Assembly: GCA_028710495.1 (NCBI GenBank)
Contig: JAQUST010000007.1
Location: 2,393 to 66,392, forward strand
Reading direction: 5' to 3'
From: Clostridia bacterium
GTDB lineage: Bacteria > Bacillota > Clostridia > Christensenellales > CAG-917
Length of the DNA stretch: 64,000 nt
Shown: one piece after another, positions 39,279-48,892 of the stretch
Position numbering within the stretch: position 1 is the stretch's first letter
How the letters are laid out: each line of letters opens with the position of its first letter
The notes under the pieces: generated by a model
What the model was told of the DNA's origin: nothing
Seen by the model: the letters and a program-made list of their open reading frames with translations, nothing else
Databases searched by the model: none
Position numbers and translations under genes: made by a program

Positions 39279-39384
39279 TAAAATAAATCCTTACTGCATA
39301 CACAACTACAAATTTTGAGAGTATAAATAGCGATAAATATGTTTTTCATAGTAAACAAACACTATAGCTACGATAGCATTGTGT

Positions 39385-39459
39385 AAAATATAAAATGATA
39401 GTTGTTTTCAAATATAAAATAGTAATAGTTTTTAAAATATATAATGGTAGTTTTGTTTT
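39385..39459. repeat. Three tandem ~25-bp AT-rich repeats
   Basis: AAAATATAAAATGATAGTTGTTTT, CAAATATAAAATAGTAATAGTTTTT, AAAATATATAATGGTAGTTTTGTTTT. Confidence 0.8.
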
Positions 39460-39604
39460 AAAACCAATGATAAATATATTGCTGTAATTGCTAGAAACCT
39501 TATATTTTCAAAATAATAAAATTAGTTTAAGTTTTAAAAGCTTGTGAATTAGGTTGATACACAAAACAAAAGTAGTGGTGTAATAAATTTTTAGGTGATA
39601 AGTT

Positions 39605-40267
39605 ATGAATATAGCAGGATTTCAAGCAAATTCGTTCGTGGATTTCAAAAATAATATAGCAGCGGTTGTCTTTGTGAGCGGCTGTAATATGCGGTGTTGG
39701 TATTGTCACAATGAGCACATTCTTGACACCAAAGACCTATTGGACGAAGAAGCAATTCTCGCCCAAATCAAAGAAAACGCAGGCTTTTTAGATGGTGTTG
39801 TTGTGACAGGCGGTGAGCCAACATTGCAACCCGATTTGATTGATTTTATAAAAAAAATCAAGGCTATGGGTTTGCTTGTTAAACTAGACACAAACGGAAA
39901 ACGCCCCGATGTGCTTGAAAAAGTGTTGGTAGAAAATGTGCTTGATTATATTGCTATGGACATCAAAGCGCCACTCAATGACTACTACAAAGCGACTCCC
40001 TCCACAAAGGAAAGCACAGAGGTTTTACTCAATAGCATAGGGCTAATTCGAAATAGCGGTGTGCCATATGAGTTCCGCACCACAGTCATTCCGCAACTCT
40101 CACTTGAGGACATCAGAACAATAGCGCAAACTGTGAAAGGTGCAACTGCACTTTATTTGCAACAATATAACGACTCAAAAGGTATTCATCCGCATGAACC
40201 TGATTTTTTTGTTGAAGCTCAAAAGATTGCAAATGAATACGTTCCAACCTTTACACGAGGACTATAG
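39605..40267 (+). CDS. nrdG: Anaerobic RNR activating protein (radical SAM)
   Basis: GCNMRCWYCHN CxxxCxxC motif and a GGEPT motif. AGGTGA SD upstream. Confidence 0.9.
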   Translation: MNIAGFQANSFVDFKNNIAAVVFVSGCNMRCWYCHNEHILDTKDLLDEEAILAQIKENAGFLDGVVVTGGEPTLQPDLIDFIKKIKAMGLLVKLDTNGKRPDVLEKVLVENVLDYIAMDIKAPLNDYYKATPSTKESTEVLLNSIGLIRNSGVPYEFRTTVIPQLSLEDIRTIAQTVKGATALYLQQYNDSKGIHPHEPDFFVEAQKIANEYVPTFTRGL

Positions 40268-40300
40268 CATAGGGAATTTGAATTTGTGAAAATGAAATAT

Positions 40301-40335
40301 AAACGGATGAATGAATTAAATTCAATCATCCGTTT
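40301..40335 (+). terminator. Long stem-loop after nrdG
   Basis: AAACGGATGAATGAA-ttaaa-TTCAATCATCCGTTT (14 of 15 positions pair). The U-tract is weak. Confidence 0.55.
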
Positions 40336-40352
40336 AACTTAAAGATTTTAGA

Positions 40353-40388
40353 AAATAAAAGGGGAGACTTTTATAAAAAGTTCCCCCT
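40353..40388 (-). terminator. Intrinsic terminator of the kinase-like gene
   Basis: Minus strand reads GGGGGAACTTTT-tat-AAAAGTCTCCCC followed by TTTTATTTTC. Confidence 0.7.
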
Positions 40389-40449
40389 AATAATTTATTA
40401 GTAAAATTGAAATTAAGCCAAAACACTTAAAAAAATAATCGCATTGTGT

Positions 40450-41274
40450 TTATAGACTAATTTTTGTAGACTTAACTTTTCCTGATAATATGTCGTTTAT
40501 GGAATATCGACTATTTGAAATAATAACCTGAGTCCCGTTTTTGACAGGTTCTTTAATATATTCAAGCTTTGCGCGAGCACCGTGCGCACCTATTCGACTT
40601 GCACCGTGACAATGAGTTTGAAGTTCTTCAATGTTTGTGATAAGCTCATAAATATCTTTACCTGAAACACGCTCAATCAGTGAGTTTTTGTCATCAATAT
40701 CTGAATATATTCCATCAGTTGTCGAGAGAATAAGAAGGGTTTTGCACTTTACGAGGGAGGCAATTTGGCTTGCAGTTTCATCATTGTCAACGCATTCAAC
40801 AACTTTTTTTATGTTCTTGCGCATTTTATCAATTTCCATTTTGCGTATTTCTTCTGAAGAAACTGCATCATTGTAGTTGATGATAGGAATAGCTTTTTGC
40901 GCAGGGCAACGGTTGAGAAGTCTCAGCAAATTATCACGCTTTTCGACGTCGTTGAAATGTTGATGCTCGACTAATATTTGACGAATAGAATAACGACTGT
41001 CAACATATTGTCGGTAAGTCTGCATAAGAATAGATTGTCCTTGCGCGGCATAGTCCGTTTTATTGTCCTCGTCATTTCCCTTTAGCGCGGTTCCGTTGCG
41101 TTTCATATAGTCAAGCCGTCCGATTTCTGTTGCGCCGGAAGTAATCCAAATATACCCGGGTTTTAATTCGCGGGAAATTCGAGCTATTATGTTGTAGTCA
41201 AGGTCTTGATACTCGCGGTTTATTAGAGCGAGTGAGCCTACCTTTCCTACCAGTTCAATGTCAAATGTCGTCAC
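40450..41274 (-). CDS. Amino-acid kinase family protein, glutamate-5-kinase (ProB)-like, orphan
   Basis: GTG start. VGKVGSLAL..., WITSGATEIGR, PIINYNDAVS, VDNDETASQIA and LILSTTDGIY parallel ProB motifs but are divergent. No proA nearby. Confidence 0.6.
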   Translation of the reverse strand: MTTFDIELVGKVGSLALINREYQDLDYNIIARISRELKPGYIWITSGATEIGRLDYMKRNGTALKGNDEDNKTDYAAQGQSILMQTYRQYVDSRYSIRQILVEHQHFNDVEKRDNLLRLLNRCPAQKAIPIINYNDAVSSEEIRKMEIDKMRKNIKKVVECVDNDETASQIASLVKCKTLLILSTTDGIYSDIDDKNSLIERVSGKDIYELITNIEELQTHCHGASRIGAHGARAKLEYIKEPVKNGTQVIISNSRYSINDILSGKVKSTKISL

Positions 41275-41436
41275 AGATATTTTTCCTTTTATACTTTTTC
41301 TATATTATAACACGAAAATAATGTATTTCAAGAGTAACTTGCTTTGTAGCATTATAAATTTCATATACTAAATATTTCATTTGCAGCAGTTGTTTTATAA
41401 TTCAATTATGAAAGACTTTGATTATGATTTATTTCC

Positions 41437-41592
41437 AACGCTCAAAGTGTAATATTTTTCACCGCTCATTGGCAAAATCCATTTTTTGCTTTTAACGCTA
41501 ATAGTGTAATCCATTACTTTTTGCTTTAAAACTAATAGGCGAAATCCATTACTTTTTGCTTCTACGATTAAAATATAATTCGTTATTTTTTG
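41437..41592. repeat. Degenerate 32-36-bp direct-repeat array (4-5 units)
   Basis: The core AATCCATT(AC)TTTTTGCT occurs at 41476, 41508 and 41543. Degenerate copies sit at about 41451 and 41577. CGCT(c/a)A(a/t)AGTGTAAT recurs at 41439 and 41496. Confidence 0.8.
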
Positions 41593-42413
41593 TATTCAAC
41601 GCTCATAAGGCATAACCCGTTTGGAGGGAGTGTTTTACCAGCGTGCGTACGGTCACGGCTTTCAATAAGTTTTGAAATTTCGTTGACTTCAATTTTTCCA
41701 AGCCCAACATAAACAAGCGTGCCTGCTATAATGCGAACCATATTGTAAAGAAAACCGTTTCCGCAAACAGTAATTTCGATTTCTTGAGTGTTTTCAAAAA
41801 AAATCGAATTATTCAAAATGTCTTTGCTTTCTTCTTTTTGTGTATCCTCAATGCTTATCGCATTTTTGCAAGAAGCAGAGTTTTCGACAATATCAAGAGA
41901 AAAAATAGTGCGGACGGTTTCTTTCACAACAGAACCTGAAGCCTCAAAGCATTTGAAGTCGTGCTCACCAACAATTAACAATGCCGCCTGTCGCATTTTT
42001 TCAATATTAAGTTGTTGCACTATATGTGCGTGGTCACGCTCGAGTGTGGGATGACGGTGCGATGAGCAGTAAAGTTTGTAGCAATATGTTTTGCGTTTTG
42101 CACCAAAGCGTGCATTAAAACTATCATCTGCTATTTCACACGAAAGGGCACTGATATCAGTCGGCAACAAGGTGTTGAGAGCATATGGAATTTTTTCGGC
42201 GGGCATTGAAGTTTCAGCATTGAAATGGACAACCTGACCTTTTGCGTGCACTCCAGAATCAGTTCTTCCGCTTGCAGTTGCTTGAGTCAGAATTTGAAAT
42301 AATGTAGAAAGCGCGTTTTCCAAACACTCCTGAATGGACAAACCGTTGAGTTGTTTTTGCCACCCAACATAATTTGTTCCGTCATATTCGATTGTTAATT
42401 TGAAGCGCGTCAT
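41583..42413 (-). CDS. truA: tRNA pseudouridine(38-40) synthase
   Basis: MTRFKLTIEYDGTNYVGWQKQ...GRTDSGVHA. Start is at the internal ATG after an AGGTG SD. It follows ecfT, as is usual in Firmicutes. Confidence 0.9.
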   Translation of the reverse strand: MTRFKLTIEYDGTNYVGWQKQLNGLSIQECLENALSTLFQILTQATASGRTDSGVHAKGQVVHFNAETSMPAEKIPYALNTLLPTDISALSCEIADDSFNARFGAKRKTYCYKLYCSSHRHPTLERDHAHIVQQLNIEKMRQAALLIVGEHDFKCFEASGSVVKETVRTIFSLDIVENSASCKNAISIEDTQKEESKDILNNSIFFENTQEIEITVCGNGFLYNMVRIIAGTLVYVGLGKIEVNEISKLIESRDRTHAGKTLPPNGLCLMSVEYKK

Positions 42414-42470
42414 CGATACACCTATTTGTAAATTATTCTTCATTATGTATTAGGCAAATTTTGTTTTTTA

Positions 42471-43325
42471 TCAATATACTAAGCCAAAAATTATTTTATC
42501 AAGTCCAAAGAAATAATAGCGGTCTAAAAAGATTATCACAACAAAAGCAAGCTCAAACAATGCGGCAAACAAATCATTCCAACCAAAGCGCTGAACTTTC
42601 ATTTTTGTGCGTTTATCGGTGGCGTTGTAGCATCTTGCATCAAGTGCAAAAGCAAGTTCATCGGCACGGCGGAAAGAAGATACAAACAAAGGTATCAAAA
42701 TCGGTAACATCGCTTTCGCGCGTGCAAAAAGACCACCTGTGTCGAACGATGCGCCTCTTGCTTTTTGCGCGTTCATTATCTTTGTTGTTTCTTCCAATAG
42801 CGTTGGAATAAAGCGAAGTGCTATGCTCATAATTATTGCGACATCGTGCACTGGAAACCGCACAACTTTGAGAGGCTTAAGCAGACTTTCCAAAGCGTCG
42901 GTGAGCGCCATAGGTGTGGTTGTCAATGACAGCAAAGAAGCACCTGTAATGAGCAAAACGAGCCTTAATGCGAGCTTTATTGATGAATGAACACCCGTTT
43001 CGGTAATTCTAAGCAACCACCAAGGTGCAATTTGCACTTGCACAAGTATTCTGCCTTCTTTCACAAAAAAGAGATTTAACACTGCAGTGAAGACAACAAT
43101 AAAAAGTATTGTACGCACAGATTTAAGTATTGACATAAGCGGAAGCTTGCCAAACATTATGACAGAGAATAGAAACACCGCAATAATCAAATATGAAAAG
43201 TAAGTCTGCACAAAAAAAATGCTGACGATAAACAACATTGTAAACAACAATTTTGCCCTTGGATCAAGTCTATGGACTATTGAATTTGTTGGATAGTATT
43301 GTCCGAATGAGAGGTCACGAAACAT
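42471..43325 (-). CDS. ecfT: ECF transporter transmembrane component
   Basis: 284 aa, polytopic. LDPRAKLLF and ARGA motifs typical of EcfT/CbiQ. Confidence 0.9.
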   Translation of the reverse strand: MFRDLSFGQYYPTNSIVHRLDPRAKLLFTMLFIVSIFFVQTYFSYLIIAVFLFSVIMFGKLPLMSILKSVRTILFIVVFTAVLNLFFVKEGRILVQVQIAPWWLLRITETGVHSSIKLALRLVLLITGASLLSLTTTPMALTDALESLLKPLKVVRFPVHDVAIIMSIALRFIPTLLEETTKIMNAQKARGASFDTGGLFARAKAMLPILIPLFVSSFRRADELAFALDARCYNATDKRTKMKVQRFGWNDLFAALFELAFVVIIFLDRYYFFGLDKIIFGLVY

Positions 43326-44178
43326 GGCTGCTACCTCCCAAATTCAGTATTTGTTTTGAAAGCTGTTCCAAGGTTACGGCGCAAGATGGAAACTTGAAAC
43401 CTTTTTCTTTGAGCTTGTTTTGTATGATTGTGGCTGTCGGAAAATCAAGACCTGACTCAGATATCAAAGTTTTATTTGCAAATAATTCATTTGGAGGAAG
43501 TACTGCCTGTACCTTTCCGTCATTTAGCATAAGAATGCGGTCGGCAAGTTCCGAAATTTCATCCATATTGTGTGAAATCATAACTATTGTAGGGCACATG
43601 GTTTTTTGAAGATTTTTCACAAGCGCCAAAATTTCTTTTCGCCCGGCAGGGTCAAGCCCTGCTGTGGGTTCATCTAGAACTAAAATTTTCGGACGCATAG
43701 CCAAAATTCCAGCGATTGCAACTCTGCGTTTTTGACCACCTGACAGGTCAAAAGGTGAACGGTTCTTCAAGTCTTCATAGTCAAGACTTACAGCCTCGAT
43801 GGCTTCTTTCACACGCACCTCGATTTCCTCTCCGCTAAGTTTCATATTTTTTGGACCAAAAGCGACGTCGCGTGCAACTGTTTCTTCAAACAACTGATAT
43901 TCTGGGTATTGAAAAACCATGCCCACTAGTCCTCGAAGTTCGCGGAAAGTTTTTTTCTCGGCGGTGGAGATGCCAAAAACATTGACTTCTCCTTCTTGAA
44001 TTTTCTGAAGCGCATTGAAATGGGAAACGAGTGTGCTTTTGCCACTTCCTGTTGCGCCGACTATGCCAAAAAATTCGCCTTCGCGAATTTCAAAATTCAC
44101 GTTGTCAAGAGCCTTTTTTTCGTAAGGAGTTTTTTTGGAATAAGTGAAGGTTAAGTTTTTTACTTCAATAGCGAGCAT
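43315..44178 (-). CDS. ecfA2: ECF transporter ATPase A2
   Basis: Walker A GATGSGKST, signature LSGGQKRRVAIAG, Walker B ILVLDEPTAGLD. Confidence 0.9.
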   Translation of the reverse strand: MLAIEVKNLTFTYSKKTPYEKKALDNVNFEIREGEFFGIVGATGSGKSTLVSHFNALQKIQEGEVNVFGISTAEKKTFRELRGLVGMVFQYPEYQLFEETVARDVAFGPKNMKLSGEEIEVRVKEAIEAVSLDYEDLKNRSPFDLSGGQKRRVAIAGILAMRPKILVLDEPTAGLDPAGRKEILALVKNLQKTMCPTIVMISHNMDEISELADRILMLNDGKVQAVLPPNELFANKTLISESGLDFPTATIIQNKLKEKGFKFPSCAVTLEQLSKQILNLGGSSHVS

Positions 44179-44999
44179 AATCCCTCCACCAGTTCATCGG
44201 CAAAAAGTATGCCACTAGGAAGCGCAAGCCCGCCTTCCTGCAAAAGTGAGTTGAGCTTTGCAACGGGAGGAAGAACAAGTCCCGCATCCAATATCAAGGC
44301 TTTATTTTCAAAAAGATCACGAGGTGTGCCATCAAAAACGAGCGCGCCGTCTTTCAAAACTATTGTACGTTTTGACTCGGCAACTTCGTCCATATTGTGG
44401 GTTATCAGAACAATAGTGATTCCTTCATTGTTTAGTTTTTTTGCGACATCAATGACTTCTTTTCTGCCTTTTGGATCAAGCATAGAAGTCGCTTCATCGA
44501 GAATTAAGATTTTCGGGCGCATTGCGAGTACGCCGGCTATTGCTATACGTTGTTTTTGACCGCCTGACATTTTCGAGGCAGAACGGTTGCGATATTCACT
44601 CATTCCGACTGTTTCTAAAGCCCAAGCGACTCTAGTGGCAATTTCTTCTCTGGGAACTCCAAGGTTCTCCGGTCCGAAAGCGACATCGTCTTCGACAATC
44701 GTTGCAACCATTTGGTTGTCGGGATTTTGAAATACCATACCTGCATTTCTGCGCACTTCGTAGATTGTGTCTTCGTTTTGAGTTGTGTAACCGCAAATAT
44801 TGATAGTTCCGTTGTTGGACGGCAATAATAAACCATTGAGAAGCTTTGCAAGTGTACTTTTTCCGCTTCCGTTTTTTCCGACAAGAGTGACAAAATCGCC
44901 CTCTTCGATAGAGAACGAAACTCCGTTCACGGCAGGAATACATTCGTTCTCGCCTTGACGGTAGTGATATTTAGCATTTTTCACTTCTATAATTGCCAT
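44160..44999 (-). CDS. ecfA1: ECF transporter ATPase A1
   Basis: Walker A GKNGSGKST, signature MSGGQKQRIAIAG, Walker B ILILDEATSMLD. Confidence 0.9.
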   Translation of the reverse strand: MAIIEVKNAKYHYRQGENECIPAVNGVSFSIEEGDFVTLVGKNGSGKSTLAKLLNGLLLPSNNGTINICGYTTQNEDTIYEVRRNAGMVFQNPDNQMVATIVEDDVAFGPENLGVPREEIATRVAWALETVGMSEYRNRSASKMSGGQKQRIAIAGVLAMRPKILILDEATSMLDPKGRKEVIDVAKKLNNEGITIVLITHNMDEVAESKRTIVLKDGALVFDGTPRDLFENKALILDAGLVLPPVAKLNSLLQEGGLALPSGILFADELVEGLCSLLK

Positions 45000-45005
45000 A
45001 GCAGT

Positions 45006-45033
45006 ATTATATCACGCGTGAAAGAAAATACAA
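45006..45033 (-). promoter_or_regulatory. Candidate ecf operon promoter placed for a leaderless transcript
   Basis: Minus strand reads TTGTAT, 16 nt spacer, TGaTATAAT, 6 nt (actgct), then ATG. No SD is present. Confidence 0.5.
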
Positions 45034-45073
45034 AATGATTTGAAAAGCAATCTACTATAAGTTCAAGTTTTTA

Positions 45074-45102
45074 TTGACTTAAGATGTACTTAGTTCTATA
45101 AT
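45074..45102 (+). promoter_or_regulatory. Candidate PFOR promoter
   Basis: TTGACT, 17 nt spacer, TATAAT. Confidence 0.6.
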
Positions 45103-45177
45103 ATCTATTGTTATAAACTTAAGAAAACAATTTTAGACAATAATAAACAATATTTTACATACATTTTGGAGGTATCT

Positions 45178-48100
45178 ATGAAAAAAATGACCATTGACGG
45201 TAATACTGCTGCGGCGCATATAGCTTATGCTTTTTCTGATGTAGCGGCAATTTACCCGATAACCCCGTCCTCACCTATGGCTGAAAGCTGTGATGAGTGG
45301 GCAGGAGCTGGAAGAAAAAATCTTATGGGCAACATCTTGAAAGTTGCAGAATTAGAGTCCGAAGCTGGAGCTGCTGGCGCACTTCACGGTTCACTTGCCG
45401 CAGGTGCTATGACAACAACTTTTACAGCAAGCCAAGGCTTGTTGCTTATGATTCCTAACATGTACAAGATTTCAGGTGAAATGCTTCCATGTGTATTCCA
45501 CGTGTCGGCAAGAGCACTTGCAACTCACGCATTATCAATTTTCGGAGACCACGCAGACGTTATGGCATGCCGTCAAACAGGTTTTGCTATGCTCGCTGCA
45601 AACAGCGTCCAAGAGGTTATGGACTTGGCACTTGTATCTCATCTTTCAACACTTAAATCAAGCGTTCCGTTCCTTCATTTCTTTGACGGTTTCAGAACTT
45701 CACACGAAGTTTCAAAAATCGACGTCATTGATTATGAAGAAATTCAAAAACTTGTCAACTTCGACGAAATAGAAGCTTTCCGTGCCCGTGCATTGAACCC
45801 AGAACATCCACATCAACAGGGTACCGCGCAAAATGCAGACGTTTACTTCCAAAACAAAGAAGCAGCAAACAAGTATTACAACGAAGTTCCTTCAATCACA
45901 CAAGAAATGATGGATAAAGTTTCAGCCTTGACAGGCAGAAGCTATCACCTCTTTGATTATTATGGCGCACCTGATGCGACAAAAGTCATTGTGTTGATGG
46001 GTAGTGGAGCAGAAGCTATCGAAGAAACCGTAGATTACCTCAACGCAAAAGGACAGAAAATTGGTGTCATCAAAGTTCGTTTGTATCGTCCATTCGACAC
46101 AAAGGCGTTTGTCAATGCTATTCCAAAGACAGCCAAAGAAATCACTGTTTTAGATAGAACAAAAGAGCCGGGTTCAATCGGCGAACCGTTGTATCTTGAC
46201 GTTGTTGCCGCTTTGAATGAACAAGGTGTTCAAGCGAAAGTGCTTTGCGGACGTTATGGTCTTGGTTCAAAAGAATTCAATCCTTCAATGATAAATGCAA
46301 TCTATGACAATATGGGCGGTGAAAACAAGACTCACTTTACAGTTGGTATTGAAGATGATGTCACTTTCACTTCATTAAAGGTCAAAGAAAAAATTGATGC
46401 CGCACCAAAGGGAACAATTTCTTGCAAGTTCTATGGACTTGGTTCAGACGGAACAGTTGGCGCAAACAAGAACAGCATCAAAATCATTGGTGACCACACC
46501 GAAAAATATGCACAAGGCTACTTCTTCTATGACAGCAAGAAGTCAGGCGGTCTCACAATTTCCCACTTGAGATTTGGTGATACTCCAATTCGTGCAACTT
46601 ATCTTATCGATCAGGCAAACTTTATTGCTTGCCACAATGCTTCGTATGTTCTCCGTTACGATATGGTTTCAGATTTGAAGGAAGGCGGAATTTTCCTCCT
46701 CAACTCCAACTGGGAGCCAGAAGATATCGGCAATCACATTCCTGCAACAATGAAAAATATCATTGCAAAGAAGCATATTCAATTCTACACTTTGGACGGT
46801 TTGAAAGTTATTCAAAGCATAGGCGCATCAAAGGGTGTCAACACTGTTATGCAAGCTGCATTCTTCAAGCTTTCAAATGTTATTCCTTATGAAGATGCCG
46901 AAACATTTATGAAGGCGGCAATCAAGAAAACATATGGCAAGAAGGGCGATGCAGTCGTCAATATGAACTATGCCGCAATCGACAATGCCATAGTTGGATT
47001 AAAGAAGGTTGAATATCCGTCAGACTGGGCAACCACAACTGAAGGCGCACAGCCACTTCCACTAGTTAATGATGAGTATTTCAACACCGTTGTAGCTCCA
47101 ATAATTGCACAAAAAGGTGATGAACTTCCAGTTTCAGCTTTCACTGTTGATGGATACGTTCCACTTGGCACAGCACAATATGAAAAACGCGGCGCAGCAG
47201 TCTCAGTTCCTGTTTGGATTGCTGAAAACTGCATTCAATGCAACCGTTGCTCAATGGTTTGCCCGCATGCTTCAATTCGTCCAACTCTTGCAACAACAGA
47301 GGAATTGGAAGGCAAGCCGTCAAGCTTTATTACAAAAGCTGCAACAGGTATCGCTGGTTATGAATATCGCATTCAGGTCAGTCCTTACGACTGCACAGGT
47401 TGCGGAAACTGCGCAAATATCTGTCCCGCAAAAGAAAAAGCTCTAAAAATGATTCCTATCGAAGAAGCAATCGAAAGAGATGCTAAGAATTGGCAGTATG
47501 CTGCATCTTTGCCTGAAACAACCGCTCCAATGAAATCAATGAATGTCAAAAACAGTCAGTTCAAGAAACCTTTGTTTGAGTTCTCAGGCGCTTGCGCAGG
47601 TTGCGGTGAAACACCATATGTTAAGCTTGTTACACAACTCTTTGGCGAAAGAATGGTTATTGCAAACGCAACAGGTTGCTCATCAATCTACGGCGGTTCT
47701 TCACCAACATGCCCATACACAACAAATGACAAAGGTCATGGACCAGCTTGGGCAAACAGCTTGTTCGAAGACAACGCAGAGTTTGGTTTTGGTATGCATC
47801 TCGCATTCAAGGCAAGAAGAGCGGCAATAGTTGAAACAATGGAAACATTATTCAACCTCGGAATCTCTGAAGAAATTAGAGAAGCAATGAAGAGCTGGAT
47901 TTTGGGGATGGACGATGCAAAAGCTTCAAAAGAAGCATCAGAAAAAATCCTCGCGCTTTTGGACAGCGAAATTGCAAAAACAAATGGCGGAACACAACAG
48001 CTTCTCAAATTTGTTGCTTCAAGAAAAGATTGTTTGGTCAAAAAATCAGTTTGGATTTTCGGTGGCGACGGTTGGGCATATGATATCGGATACAATGGTC

Positions 48101-48684
48101 TAGACCATGTTATCGCATCGGGTGAAGATGTCAATATTCTTGTTCTTGACACTGAAGTTTATTCAAACACCGGCGGACAATCATCAAAATCGACTCCAGC
48201 AGGGGCTATCGCTAAGTTTGCAGCAACAGGCAAACGCACAAAGAAGAAAGACTTGGCGCGCCTCGCAATGACATACGGTTATGTTTATGTTGCACAAGTT
48301 TCAATGGGCGCAGATATGAACCAAGTTGTCAAAGCATTGAGCGAAGCAGAAGCCTACAAAGGACCGTCAATCGTTATTGCATATGCACCTTGCATCAACC
48401 ACGGTATCAATATGACAAAGTCACAAGGCGAAATGAAGAAAGCAGTTGACACTGGCTACTGGCAGCTTTTCCGTTATAATCCGGAAAATGTTGGAACTGA
48501 TGTCAATCCATTCACACTTGACAGCAAAGAGCCAACTGAAGATTATCAATCATTCCTTATGGGCGAAGTCAGATATGCCTCACTTGTGAAGCAAAATCCA
48601 GATGCAGCAAAAATGCTGTTTGCAAAGAATGAGCAAGATGCAAAAGAGAAGCGCGACTTCTATAAAATGAAAGCCGAGAAATAA
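45178..48684 (+). CDS. nifJ: Pyruvate:ferredoxin (flavodoxin) oxidoreductase
   Basis: About 1170 aa. Two 4Fe-4S ferredoxin motifs (CIQCNRCSMVCP, CTGCGNCANICP) and a TPP domain (GGDGWAYDIG). ATG follows a GGAGG SD. Confidence 0.95.
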   Translation: MKKMTIDGNTAAAHIAYAFSDVAAIYPITPSSPMAESCDEWAGAGRKNLMGNILKVAELESEAGAAGALHGSLAAGAMTTTFTASQGLLLMIPNMYKISGEMLPCVFHVSARALATHALSIFGDHADVMACRQTGFAMLAANSVQEVMDLALVSHLSTLKSSVPFLHFFDGFRTSHEVSKIDVIDYEEIQKLVNFDEIEAFRARALNPEHPHQQGTAQNADVYFQNKEAANKYYNEVPSITQEMMDKVSALTGRSYHLFDYYGAPDATKVIVLMGSGAEAIEETVDYLNAKGQKIGVIKVRLYRPFDTKAFVNAIPKTAKEITVLDRTKEPGSIGEPLYLDVVAALNEQGVQAKVLCGRYGLGSKEFNPSMINAIYDNMGGENKTHFTVGIEDDVTFTSLKVKEKIDAAPKGTISCKFYGLGSDGTVGANKNSIKIIGDHTEKYAQGYFFYDSKKSGGLTISHLRFGDTPIRATYLIDQANFIACHNASYVLRYDMVSDLKEGGIFLLNSNWEPEDIGNHIPATMKNIIAKKHIQFYTLDGLKVIQSIGASKGVNTVMQAAFFKLSNVIPYEDAETFMKAAIKKTYGKKGDAVVNMNYAAIDNAIVGLKKVEYPSDWATTTEGAQPLPLVNDEYFNTVVAPIIAQKGDELPVSAFTVDGYVPLGTAQYEKRGAAVSVPVWIAENCIQCNRCSMVCPHASIRPTLATTEELEGKPSSFITKAATGIAGYEYRIQVSPYDCTGCGNCANICPAKEKALKMIPIEEAIERDAKNWQYAASLPETTAPMKSMNVKNSQFKKPLFEFSGACAGCGETPYVKLVTQLFGERMVIANATGCSSIYGGSSPTCPYTTNDKGHGPAWANSLFEDNAEFGFGMHLAFKARRAAIVETMETLFNLGISEEIREAMKSWILGMDDAKASKEASEKILALLDSEIAKTNGGTQQLLKFVASRKDCLVKKSVWIFGGDGWAYDIGYNGLDHVIASGEDVNILVLDTEVYSNTGGQSSKSTPAGAIAKFAATGKRTKKKDLARLAMTYGYVYVAQVSMGADMNQVVKALSEAEAYKGPSIVIAYAPCINHGINMTKSQGEMKKAVDTGYWQLFRYNPENVGTDVNPFTLDSKEPTEDYQSFLMGEVRYASLVKQNPDAAKMLFAKNEQDAKEKRDFYKMKAEK

Positions 48685-48704
48685 TAAGAACTTATTATCG
48701 TATA

Positions 48705-48742
48705 AAAATAGCCCACTCAATTTTGAGTGGGCTATTTATTTT
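48705..48742 (+). terminator. Intrinsic terminator after PFOR
   Basis: TAGCCCACTC / GAGTGGGCTA stem followed by TTTATTTT. Confidence 0.85.
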
Positions 48743-48776
48743 ATGCGTGCTATGCTTAATTTTGTTCAACTTTTAT

Positions 48777-48881
48777 ATAAAAACCTATTTACTAAAAAAG
48801 CTTTTCAAACAATAATTTACTTCAATACTTTTTCTTCGGCACTTAATAAAAACTTATCTGTTAAAAAAGCTTTTCAAACAA
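48777..48881. repeat. 36-bp direct repeat, 2 copies 69 bp apart
   Basis: ATAAAAACCTATTTACTAAAAAAGCTTTTCAAACAA and ATAAAAACTTATCTGTTAAAAAAGCTTTTCAAACAA. Each carries the palindrome AAAAGCTTTT. Confidence 0.85.
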
Positions 48882-48892
48882 CAAAATATATA

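Noticed and set aside
41437-41592. Possibility that the 32-36-bp repeat arrays (here, and at 39385-39459 and 61898-61951) are CRISPR arrays
   Set aside because: The repeats are degenerate, AT-rich and directly abutting. There are no unique spacers of 25-40 bp, no cas genes and no leader.
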